Origin: Candidatus Electrothrix sp. GW3-4
GTDB lineage: Bacteria; Desulfobacterota; Desulfobulbia; Desulfobulbales; Desulfobulbaceae
NCBI RefSeq assembly: GCF_037902255.1
Contig: NZ_CP147990.1
Span: 4,170,001-4,202,000 of the forward strand
Length of the DNA stretch: 32,000 bases
Direction of reading: 5' to 3'
Below the pieces are notes generated by a model. That model was not told where the DNA came from. It did not search any database and saw only the letters and a list, made by a program, of their open reading frames with translations. Positions 16,817-24,966 of the stretch are shown here, in pieces (the first letter of the stretch is position 1; each line of letters opens with the position of its first letter). A program made the position numbers and the translations under genes.

Positions 16817-17947
16817 TTAATTGAGCTTCATTGGCATAATTATCCCCAAAAAGCCTTCATCTTCTTCTGAAGTAATGAGGCATGGACTTTCATTGGAACT
16901 GATCGAAGCCTGGATGCTTTCTCCCTCCATAACCTGAAGCGCCTCCATAAAATACCGACAATTGAATCCCATGGACAATTTTTCTCCGGTATATTCGATA
17001 GCTATTTCATCTCTTGCCGAACCGAAATCAGCATGTTCTGAGGTCAACACCAGCTGATTATTATTTAGCTCAAATTTGATGGCATGGAAGATATCTTCAG
17101 TAAAGAGATTGATCCTCTTTAAGGACTCGAGAAAGAGGATTTTGTTGATAAAAATATTACTCTCTTTTGGGATGAAACTGAGGATATTCTCAAAATCGGG
17201 AAATTCTCCTTCCATCAACCTGATTACAAGCAGAGCGTCATCACTTTTCAAGACAATCTTTTTCTTTTCAATCCCCAATTGAAAGGTATCCTGCTCCTCT
17301 CCGAATTTTCGTATCTGCTGGATCCCTCGCCGTGGAATCAAAATAAATTTATCAAAATTGGGCAAAGACGCCCCCTCAATCTCTCTGCGCATAATACTGA
17401 GCCGATGGCCATCTGACGTGACCATGCGGAAGATTGTTTTTTCGTCTTCAATAACCTGCTGAAAAAGCGCAGCATTAAGACTATACATATTTTCTTTTTC
17501 TGTCGCGATAGAAAATACGGTTTTGTCGATGAGATCACAAAGAATTTCTCCCTCGGTTTCCACCAATTCCTCTTCATTATACTGCTCGAATTGGGGAAAT
17601 TCCTCTGTCACCATACCGGCAAGTTTATAGGTACTGCTGCCTGCGGTGATATTGATCCAATTTTTTTCACCTTCTTTAAAGTTCAATGTCGGTGACCCTG
17701 ATTCCCGAGCCAACTCAAAAAGTTTTTTCGAGGGAACAGTCAGGCTGCCTGTCTCAAAGACTTCTGCTGGAACGGTCTGTCTGAGGCTGATCTCCAAATC
17801 CGTTGCGGTAAAAACAATTTCATTATTTTTTACCTCCATCAGAACGTTTGCCAGGATGGCAAGGGTTCCTTTTTTATTCGTAATCTGTTGTTGCGTACCT
17901 ATTGCTTTGAGAAGATCTTCTCGGGCTATATTAAAATGGAACGACAT
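16817..17947 (-). CDS. dnaN: DNA polymerase III beta sliding clamp
   Basis: 376 aa. The N-terminus MSFHFNIAREDLLKAIGTQQQITNKKGTLAILANVLMEV and the overall three-domain length are typical of DnaN. AAGGAG lies upstream of the ATG at 17947. Confidence 0.95.
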   Translation of the reverse strand: MSFHFNIAREDLLKAIGTQQQITNKKGTLAILANVLMEVKNNEIVFTATDLEISLRQTVPAEVFETGSLTVPSKKLFELARESGSPTLNFKEGEKNWINITAGSSTYKLAGMVTEEFPQFEQYNEEELVETEGEILCDLIDKTVFSIATEKENMYSLNAALFQQVIEDEKTIFRMVTSDGHRLSIMRREIEGASLPNFDKFILIPRRGIQQIRKFGEEQDTFQLGIEKKKIVLKSDDALLVIRLMEGEFPDFENILSFIPKESNIFINKILFLESLKRINLFTEDIFHAIKFELNNNQLVLTSEHADFGSARDEIAIEYTGEKLSMGFNCRYFMEALQVMEGESIQASISSNESPCLITSEEDEGFLGIIMPMKLN

Positions 17948-18107
17948 AGTAATTACTCCTTCTTTTTATATATAAAAGCTTATTATTAATATTAGGGACG
18001 TTAGTTTGTGGAAAAAGAGATTATCAGCTTGTTTTTTTGGGTCAAAATATGTGAACAAAAAACGTTTAGTGTCTGGAAATGGATTGTGTATATATTAGAT
18101 TTGATTG

Positions 18108-18162
18108 TTATCAACAATGTTTTAAGATGATTGTCAACAAGTTGCTAACAAGTTTTTCAACA
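18108..18162 (+). promoter_or_regulatory. Phased DnaA-box-like direct repeats (TTnTCAACA) in the dnaN/cobO intergenic region
   Basis: TTATCAACA (18108-18116), TTGTCAACA (18131-18139) and TTTTCAACA (18154-18162) are spaced exactly 23 nt apart. A degenerate TTGCTAACA lies at 18142-18150. Each differs from the TTATCCACA consensus by 1-2 positions. TGTGGAAAA (18007-18015) has 1 mismatch to TGTGGATAA on the other strand. Confidence 0.3.
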
Positions 18163-18194
18163 TTTTTTTCTGACGAGATTTCAAAGGGAATATT

Positions 18195-18719
18195 ATGCGC
18201 CAAAAAGGATTGATCCTTCTCTTCACCGGGCATGGCAAGGGGAAGACAACTGCTGCCCTCGGTATGACCATGCGGGCAGCAGGCCATGGGATGAAAACCT
18301 GTTTTCTTCAGTTCATTAAGGGGAGCTGGAAATACGGAGAGATGGAGGCAATGGCCCGTTTCAGGGAGGAGATTGATTTTTATGTTATGGGAAGAGGGTT
18401 TACCTGGAAATCAGATGATCTGGAAAAAGATAAGGCCGTGGCCCGGGAGGCCTGGGAAAAGGCCAAAGAGGTTATTATGTCAGGAAAGTATCATACCGTG
18501 GTGCTTGATGAGTTCACCTATCTGCTGAGGTACGGTATGATCGAAAAAGAGGAGGCCCTGGAGGTCCTTCGCAGGAAGCCGGAAGATCTCCATATCTGCA
18601 TCACCGGTCGTGATGCGGCGGAGGAACTCGTTGCACTTGCTGACCTGGTGACTGAAATGCAGCCGATCAAGCATCCGTATCAGCAAGGAATAAGGGCCCA
18701 GAAGGGGGTGGAATTTTAA
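18195..18719 (+). CDS. cobO: Cob(I)yrinic acid a,c-diamide / cob(I)alamin adenosyltransferase
   Basis: GLILLFTGHGKGKTTAALGMTMRAAGHGMKTCFLQFIKG carries the P-loop-like GxGKGKT(T/S)AA motif. With the ~175-aa size, this is characteristic of CobA/CobO/BtuR. Confidence 0.9.
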   Translation: MRQKGLILLFTGHGKGKTTAALGMTMRAAGHGMKTCFLQFIKGSWKYGEMEAMARFREEIDFYVMGRGFTWKSDDLEKDKAVAREAWEKAKEVIMSGKYHTVVLDEFTYLLRYGMIEKEEALEVLRRKPEDLHICITGRDAAEELVALADLVTEMQPIKHPYQQGIRAQKGVEF

Positions 18720-18754
18720 CAGGTTATTCGCTTCCTGAGAGATATCTTTTTTGT

Positions 18755-19132
18755 TTACAGAATTTTCCAGTTATATACAAGAGGATTGCTTGCATCCGGT
18801 TGCTTGCACCAATGGGTGTTGTTTTGATACAAGAGGATCTCCTGGAGAAATAAAAAGCTGTCTGGTTGCATAGAGGTAAACCGTAACGCCAGGCCATCAT
18901 TATCCTGCCTGACAACGGCGCAAACAGCCTTAATATACATTTGCGGATCACTTTCAGAGAAAGATAATTTTATATCACAGATATCACCTGCCTGTTGTTT
19001 AAACCACCCTTGCACATAGATTCCACCAAGGCTGAAATTGGTGGCAGAGCATGTATATTTATTCTTACCGAAATCTAGGGTAACAGGGCGAGGGAATTTA
19101 ATGCGGGAAAATTGACGTCTATTATACTTCAT
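18755..19132 (-). CDS. PilZ domain protein (c-di-GMP binding type)
   Basis: RRQFSR (RxxxR) and NFSLGG (D/NxSxxG) are the PilZ motifs. I prefer the ATG at 19132 (MKYNRRQF..), preceded by AAGGTGA, over the listed GTG at 19141. Confidence 0.8.
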   Translation of the reverse strand: MKYNRRQFSRIKFPRPVTLDFGKNKYTCSATNFSLGGIYVQGWFKQQAGDICDIKLSFSESDPQMYIKAVCAVVRQDNDGLALRFTSMQPDSFLFLQEILLYQNNTHWCKQPDASNPLVYNWKIL

Positions 19133-19554
19133 AGTGATCACCTTTGAAGAAGCAAGGAGTCCGCCAGAAGGAAATTGGTGGACAGAGACAAGGTCAATTT
19201 AAGTGCGAGTATAAAAAAAACTTCCATTTTTCATGAGGTTCTTGCTTTACACAAACAAAGCATCTCTTTGCTTCCTTGAAAGAGCAAATACTGCTCATTG
19301 GATGCATGGTCATCCAACGCTATGCATCGATCAATGTCCATAAAGAAAAGAGGCATTTTTTCTTTATGCCTATTCAAACAACATAACGGAAGAAAGGAAT
19401 TTTTCCAATACAAGATTTTGATTTCGGGAATGGGTTTTTCAACTCCTGCTTGGGAAGCTTGATTGCCAATGAATGGAATTCGCTGCCCTGTCTTTGATGC
19501 CGAAGATCAGCTTCTTTTTTTTTGCTAAGGCTGGCAATTGGTGCTGCAAACAGC

Positions 19555-19600
19555 GTCCCAGGGGGACAGCCGGTAATAGCCCCGTGATGTATCGCGGGGC
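19555..19600 (+). repeat. 46-nt hairpin-containing intergenic repeat, copy 1
   Basis: GTCCCAGGGGGACAGCCGGTAATAGCCCCGTGATGTATCGCGGGGC is about 40/46 identical to 30659-30704 in the same orientation. It contains the hairpin CCCCGTGAT..ATCGCGGGG. Confidence 0.6.
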
Positions 19601-19756
19601 TTCGTTCATGTTGAAAAGTCGGGTCCCTTACAGGTCGAGAAACGGGTTGACATTCCAGGCAAAGTGGAAAATATTCGGGCATACGTTGGATAGCTCTCTG
19701 CATACCGGCCCTGCTGGCGCAGGGAAACAGTTCATCCTGAACAGAGGAACAGAACC

Positions 19757-20806
19757 ATGAACATCACAGGTTTTGACAAGATTGCCCCGTATCTCACCCA
19801 CCCGCTGGTGCTGGTGGGCTTTGTCATGCTGTTGGTTTATGGAATACACTGGCAGCTGATGCGCTCCGGGCTGTTATCCCAGGTGAGCAAAAAGGACAGC
19901 GGCCTGATCATCAGGCTCTTTCTCCGTTACGGTTTTTGGCTGGCCTTGGTGTTGCTGCTTGCGGGCTTCGGGTTGCAGTTCTCAGGGATTGGCCTGTCCG
20001 CTTGGAACAAGTGGATGGACAAGGAGAAGGCTTATGTGTACTTTAATGTTGGGCAATTTTATATACATCACGACAAACCCGACCGGGCAGAGAAGTTATA
20101 CAGGAAGGCATTGGCATTTGATCACACCGAGGAGACAAGGGAAATCATGGCGGGTGCTTTCGGCGATCTGGGCCTTATGTACAGGAAAAGCGGTAAGCTT
20201 GATCGGGCGGAGGAAATGCACCTGAAGGCCCTGGAGTTTCATGAAGCTCTGGGCAACAAAGAGGGCATGGCTGATAATTACGCCAATCTGGGTATTATCT
20301 ATTATAGAAGCTATAAGCTGGATCAGGCGGAAGATATGTACCGGAAAGCTTTGTCCCTTGATGAAACTCTTGATTGTAAGCAAGGTATGGCGAATGCTTA
20401 CACCAGTCTGGGCCTTATATACGGGAGACACGGTGAGCTTGATCGGGCGGAAGAGATGCACCTAAAGGCCCTTGAACTTGATGAGGCTCTGGATAGAAAA
20501 GAAGACATGGCAATCAATTACGGCAATCTGGGCCTTTTATACAAGACACGCGGGGAACTGGAACAGGCGGAAAATATGTACCTGAAGGCCCTGGATCTGA
20601 ATGAAGTCTTGGGCAGAAAGGAAGGAATGGCAGATAATTACGATAATCTAGGTAACGTGTATTGGATACGCGGTGACCTGGATAAGGCGGAAGAGCTGTG
20701 GCAGAAGAGCCTGCACCTGTATGAAATAATGGGGCACCCGCTTGCCGAAAAAGTAAAGCATTTACTGAGAGAGCTGGCCGAAGCCCGCAGCACCTCCACC
20801 CGATAA
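19757..20806 (+). CDS. Membrane-anchored tetratricopeptide (TPR) repeat protein
   Basis: Two N-terminal hydrophobic helices (LVLVGFVMLLVYGIHW, GFWLALVLLLAGFGLQF) are followed by about six 40-aa repeats of the form LD(R/Q)AE(E/D)M(H/Y)LKAL.L.EALG.KEGMA.NY.NLG.(I/L)Y. Confidence 0.85.
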   Translation: MNITGFDKIAPYLTHPLVLVGFVMLLVYGIHWQLMRSGLLSQVSKKDSGLIIRLFLRYGFWLALVLLLAGFGLQFSGIGLSAWNKWMDKEKAYVYFNVGQFYIHHDKPDRAEKLYRKALAFDHTEETREIMAGAFGDLGLMYRKSGKLDRAEEMHLKALEFHEALGNKEGMADNYANLGIIYYRSYKLDQAEDMYRKALSLDETLDCKQGMANAYTSLGLIYGRHGELDRAEEMHLKALELDEALDRKEDMAINYGNLGLLYKTRGELEQAENMYLKALDLNEVLGRKEGMADNYDNLGNVYWIRGDLDKAEELWQKSLHLYEIMGHPLAEKVKHLLRELAEARSTSTR

Positions 20807-20866
20807 TCGCAGGCCGTTCGGCCCGTTATCCCGTCTTCTTTCCCTCCCTCACCAAAGCAGACCTTG

Positions 20867-20976
20867 CCCGATAGTATAATCGGGACAAGCTCGATCACTC
20901 GATCGGGGAAAGCCGGATCGTACGATCGGGACAGGCTCGACCACTCGATCGGGATAAACCGGATCATATGATCCGG
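20867..20976. repeat. Three 18-bp palindromes at 46-bp phasing with a GATC cluster (candidate operator array upstream of recB)
   Basis: CCCGATAGTATAATCGGG (20867-20884), CCGGATCGTACGATCGGG (20913-20930) and CCGGATCATATGATCCGG (20959-20976, perfect palindrome). The intervening 46-nt units are near-identical (GGGACA[A/G]GCTCGA[T/C]CACTCGATCGGG..). There are seven GATC sites within 20893-20973. Confidence 0.5.
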
Positions 20977-21158
20977 TTCCATGCCCTCCTGTTTTCGCGC
21001 CTATCTCCCTTTTACCTGAGCAAGGCCGGAGTGCTTCTCTCCTCTTCCCTTTGCCTTGTTGCCGCCGCTATGGTACCTTGTTTTTTTCAGCTGCATAAGC
21101 CCTCTGTTATAGGGAACAACGCAAGGTTCCACAACCTCAAGCACCCATCATCCCACGC

Positions 21159-24100
21159 ATGCGCCCACTCCATCCCCTGACCCTCAACCTGCACGGCCAG
21201 ATCCTCATAGAAGCCAGTGCCGGTACCGGCAAGACCTACACCATCGCCCTCCTCTTTCTCCGCCTGCTCCTGGAACAGGGCCTGAGCGTGGACGAGATCC
21301 TGGTGGTCACCTTTACCAAGGCCGCCACCGAGGAGCTGCGTGGTCGTATCCGCCAACGTATCCGCGATGCCCTGGATGTGCTGGAGGGCCAGGGACCGGA
21401 CGACCCCCTGTTGCGGGAGCTGCTGGATAAGACCACGGCAGCCATTGCAGAGGATCGGGCCAGGATCCTGCTCGGCGATGCCCTGACTCGCATGGACGAG
21501 GCCGCCATCTATACCATCCACGGCTTCTGTCAGCGCATGCTCCAGGATCATGCCTTTGAATCAGGCGCCCCCTTTGCCCTGGAGTTTCTGGAGAGCGAAC
21601 AGCTCCTGCGCAAGCGGATTATGGAGGATTTCTGGCGCAAGCGCTTCTACCCTGCCTCTGAGGCGGAGGCGACCTGGGTGGCCTCGCTCTGGCAGACACC
21701 CGAGGAGCTTCTGGCTGGATTAGGAGGCCATTTGGGGCGTCAAGACCTGGAGTGTATCCCTGCGGTCAGCGAGGAGGCAGTAGCGGAGCAGGAGGAATCT
21801 CTGGCCTCACTCTTCAGCAGGGTGCAGGAGCAATGGCAGGCAGATGGGGAGGTTATTGCTGAGCTCTTGCGGGAGAATAAACGGCTCTCTCGCGATAAAA
21901 CCAAGGGCTACGGCCTGCCCCGCCTGGACGCGGCCTTGGAGGCCCTGAATGAATTCCTTGCTGCCGAGCAGATGCCTTGGATGATGAAGGCCGAGCTGGA
22001 GCTGTTCACCGAGAGTAAGATTGAGTCCTCCTTAAAGAAGACGGGTAAGGCGGAAGCGCCCGATCATCCCTTTTTCGCCCTGTTCGAGGAGTTCTACCAG
22101 GCCCACCAACAACTCAGTCAGGCCCGTCGCATCCTTGTCCTACTGGAAGCCAGAACATGGTTGCATGATGAGCTGGCCCGCCGCAAACAGGCTCAGGACC
22201 AACTCTCCTTTGATGATCTGCTCACCCGGCTGGAGGCAGCCCTGCAAGGGGAAGGTGGACAGCGGCTGGCCCGGAGCATCAGCAGGCGCTTCCCAGTCAT
22301 CATGGTAGATGAGTTTCAGGATACCGATCCCCTCCAGTACCGTATCTTTGCTGCGGTGCATCGGGCTACGGAAAAAGTTGTAGATAAAGGTGGAGAGACA
22401 GGCGCACAGGCAGAGCAAAAACGCGCTGGCCTCTTCCTCATCGGTGATCCCAAGCAGGCTATCTACAGCTTTCGTGGGGCAGACATCTTTACCTATATCC
22501 AGGCCCGGCAGGATACCTTGCCGGAGAATCGCCTGACCATGACCACCAATTACCGCTCGGCCACCCCGATGGTTGCAGCGGTTAATCGCCTGTTTCGCCA
22601 TGAGGCCCCCTTTCTCTTTGCCAAAGACGAGATTGATTTCCCGGAGGTAGAGGCGGCAGGGTTGGCAGACAAGGCTCCGCTTGTCCTGGAGGAGAAAGGT
22701 AGGGGCGAATCCCCGTGTTCGCCCTTGCAAACCGGTCAGCGTAGGGGCGAATCCCTGTGTTCGCCCAGTCATACCGGGCAGACACGCAGGTCTACCCTTA
22801 CAACCTGTATCGCGCCTGTCCCCCTGACCTGTCTCCTCCTGCCCGAGGGAGATAAGGGCAAGGCCTTATCTAAAGGTGCTGCCGAGGAGCTGGCAGCCCG
22901 GTTCTGCGCCTATGAGATAGCGGATCTGCTGGCAGCGGGCCAGGGCAACAAGGCCCGGCTTGGCGACCAGCCGCTGAGCGCCGGTGATATTGCCGTCCTG
23001 GTGCGTACCCATGCTGAGGCGGATCTTGTCCGCAAGGAGCTAAGTACGCTCTCTATCACCTCGGTCTCCTTGAGCCAACAATCGGTTTTTTCCGGCAAAG
23101 AGGCCCGGCAGCTCCTCACGGTCATGACAGCTCTGAATGATCTCTCCGATGCAGCCCTGGTACGCACCGCTCTGGTCACCGAGCTGTTTGGTTATACTGC
23201 GGAGCACCTGGATCGGCTCCGTAATGATGAGCAGGAGTGGGAAGAGGTCATGCAGGGTATGATTGAGTATCGCCGGATCTGGCAGCAACAGGGGGTGATT
23301 CCCATGCTGCAAAAGCTGCTCAAGAAGCAACAGACGGTCAGTCGTCTCCATGCCGCCCCCACTGGGGAGAGGATGCTGACCAATTTCCTCCATCTTGCCG
23401 AGCTGCTTCAGGCGGAATCCCGTCATCGTAGCGGAGCACATGGGGCTAATGCCCTGCTGCGTTGGTTCAGTGATCAGATGCAATCCCCGGAAAAGCACGC
23501 AGAAAACCAGCAGCTCCGCCTGGAGAGCGATGAGAACCTGGTCAAGATCGTTACCATCCATAAATCCAAGGGCATGGAGTACCCGGTGGTCTTTCTTCCC
23601 TTCCTCTGGGCGGCCCGGCCCTGTTCGCCCAAAAGGCCTTTGGCCTTTCATCGGCCTGACCAACCGGATCAACTCTGTCTGGATCTGGGGAGCGGCAAGG
23701 AGGAGCATTTTGCCCTGGCAGAAAAGGAGAGACTGGCCGAGGACCTGCGCCTGCTCTATGTGGCCATGACCAGGGCTCGGGCCTGTTGCTTTTTTTGCTG
23801 GGGCCGGGTGAGCAAGATGGAGGACTCTGCCCTCTGCTATCTCCTCCACAATGGTCTGCCCGATGCTGAGCAGCAGCTCATGCCTGAACTGGAACGCCTG
23901 AATGAAGAAAACAATCTGCTGGCTTTGAAGCCCTTTCCTGAGCGTTTCCTGCCAGTAACGCTTTATGCGACAGAGAGTGAGACCCAGCTGGTCAGCGCGG
24001 CCTTCACAGGGCAGATTGATACCCGTTGGCAGCTCACCAGCTACTCTGGTCTCATTGCCTCTGTCCATGACGCACCAGAGCTTGCCCGGCCAGAGCCGGA

Positions 24101-24920
24101 ACGCCCTGATTATGATGAGGCCACGGTCAATGACTTGGCCAAGGAAAGCGGGCAGGCTGATCCCCCGGTTCAGGATGCCTTTACCTTTCCCAAGGGCGCA
24201 GCTGCGGGCACCTGTCTCCACGCCATCCTGGAGCAGATCAGCTTTACCGATCCCCGTACGCATGAGGCGGTGATTGCAGCCGAGCTGAACCGAGCCGGGT
24301 TTGACCAGAGCTGGGTCCCTGTGGTGGCTGAGTGGATGGGAGATGTGCTTCAGACTCCTTTCACGGTGGGCGAGGAAGGAGAATTCTCCTCGCTCTCTAC
24401 TCTTGAGGAGCAGGACAGAGTCAATGAGATGGCCTTTTACTTTCCTCTTTCCGGGATGCGCTTAGGCCGCTTTAATCAGGTCCTGGAGGGGTTTTCCTAC
24501 CCGCCTCTGCCCAATCAGCATGAGGTCCTGGAAGGCCTGATGGTGGGTTTTATCGATCTGGTCTTCTCGGTTGCTGGCCGCTATTATCTGGCAGACTATA
24601 AGTCCAATTATCTCGGCGACCAACCTGCTGATTACCAGCAAGAACAACTCCAGCAAGCCATGCTTGAGCACCGCTATGACCTGCAATATCTCCTCTACAC
24701 CCTGGCCCTGCATCGCTTTCTCCGAGGGCGAATTAAGGGGTATGCCTATGACCGGCATTTCGGTGGGGCTGTGTACTTCTTTCTCCGTGGGATGCACCCT
24801 GGGTATGCACCGGGTACTGGTGTCTTTGCTGCCCGTCCTCCCCTGGCGCTCATTGAGGCCCTGGATCAGGTTATGAAAAACAGAAAAAGGGGGACAGATT
24901 TATTTTTCGTTAAATTTTAG
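21159..24920 (+). CDS. recB: Exodeoxyribonuclease V beta subunit (RecB helicase-nuclease)
   Basis: 1253 aa. Walker A is IEASAGTGKTYTI. UvrD-type helicase motifs are present (VDEFQDTD, IGDPKQAIYSFRGAD, TIHKSKGMEYPVVFLP, LLYVAMTRAR). The C-terminal PD-(D/E)XK region is GFIDLVF....YYLADYKSN. Confidence 0.95.
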   Translation: MRPLHPLTLNLHGQILIEASAGTGKTYTIALLFLRLLLEQGLSVDEILVVTFTKAATEELRGRIRQRIRDALDVLEGQGPDDPLLRELLDKTTAAIAEDRARILLGDALTRMDEAAIYTIHGFCQRMLQDHAFESGAPFALEFLESEQLLRKRIMEDFWRKRFYPASEAEATWVASLWQTPEELLAGLGGHLGRQDLECIPAVSEEAVAEQEESLASLFSRVQEQWQADGEVIAELLRENKRLSRDKTKGYGLPRLDAALEALNEFLAAEQMPWMMKAELELFTESKIESSLKKTGKAEAPDHPFFALFEEFYQAHQQLSQARRILVLLEARTWLHDELARRKQAQDQLSFDDLLTRLEAALQGEGGQRLARSISRRFPVIMVDEFQDTDPLQYRIFAAVHRATEKVVDKGGETGAQAEQKRAGLFLIGDPKQAIYSFRGADIFTYIQARQDTLPENRLTMTTNYRSATPMVAAVNRLFRHEAPFLFAKDEIDFPEVEAAGLADKAPLVLEEKGRGESPCSPLQTGQRRGESLCSPSHTGQTRRSTLTTCIAPVPLTCLLLPEGDKGKALSKGAAEELAARFCAYEIADLLAAGQGNKARLGDQPLSAGDIAVLVRTHAEADLVRKELSTLSITSVSLSQQSVFSGKEARQLLTVMTALNDLSDAALVRTALVTELFGYTAEHLDRLRNDEQEWEEVMQGMIEYRRIWQQQGVIPMLQKLLKKQQTVSRLHAAPTGERMLTNFLHLAELLQAESRHRSGAHGANALLRWFSDQMQSPEKHAENQQLRLESDENLVKIVTIHKSKGMEYPVVFLPFLWAARPCSPKRPLAFHRPDQPDQLCLDLGSGKEEHFALAEKERLAEDLRLLYVAMTRARACCFFCWGRVSKMEDSALCYLLHNGLPDAEQQLMPELERLNEENNLLALKPFPERFLPVTLYATESETQLVSAAFTGQIDTRWQLTSYSGLIASVHDAPELARPEPERPDYDEATVNDLAKESGQADPPVQDAFTFPKGAAAGTCLHAILEQISFTDPRTHEAVIAAELNRAGFDQSWVPVVAEWMGDVLQTPFTVGEEGEFSSLSTLEEQDRVNEMAFYFPLSGMRLGRFNQVLEGFSYPPLPNQHEVLEGLMVGFIDLVFSVAGRYYLADYKSNYLGDQPADYQQEQLQQAMLEHRYDLQYLLYTLALHRFLRGRIKGYAYDRHFGGAVYFFLRGMHPGYAPGTGVFAARPPLALIEALDQVMKNRKRGTDLFFVKF
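22698..22801 (+). repeat. REP-like GC-rich hairpin repeats embedded in-frame in recB
   Basis: GGTAGGGGCGAATCCCCGTGTTCGCCC (22698-22724) recurs as CGTAGGGGCGAATCCCTGTGTTCGCCC (22740-22766), an offset of 42 nt. Each forms GGGCGAA..TTCGCCC. They are followed by GGGCAGACACGCAGGTCTACCC (22776-22797). The translation is GRGESPCSPLQTGQRRGESLCSPSHTGQTRRSTLTT. Confidence 0.7.
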
Positions 24921-24966
24921 TCTGATCTGTGTGGTTGCGTTTAAAATAAATCTGTCCCCTTTTTTC
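24884..24966. repeat. 83-nt inverted-repeat (MITE/REP-like) element, copy 1, spanning the recB / Fe-S gene convergent junction
   Basis: The arms GGGGACAGATTTATTTT (24890-24906) and AAAATAAATCTGTCCCC (24943-24959) are perfect 17-nt inverted repeats. The 34-nt core resembles that of copy 2. The element supplies the last codons and stop of recB (..KRGTDLFFVKF*) and of the minus-strand gene (..KKGTDLF*). Confidence 0.7.

Noticed and set aside
22698-22766. Repeat-spacer-repeat pattern (27-nt repeats, 42-nt period) considered as a mini CRISPR array
   Set aside because: There are only two repeats, they lie inside an intact recB reading frame, no cas genes are present, and the repeat is a REP-like hairpin type.
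23040-24263. 407-aa minus-strand ORF inside recB, plus similar antisense ORFs at 5965..6549, 6570..7175 and 22140..22772
   Set aside because: They are antisense to genes with clear helicase or ketosynthase motifs. This is typical of GC-rich stop-codon-poor shadow frames.
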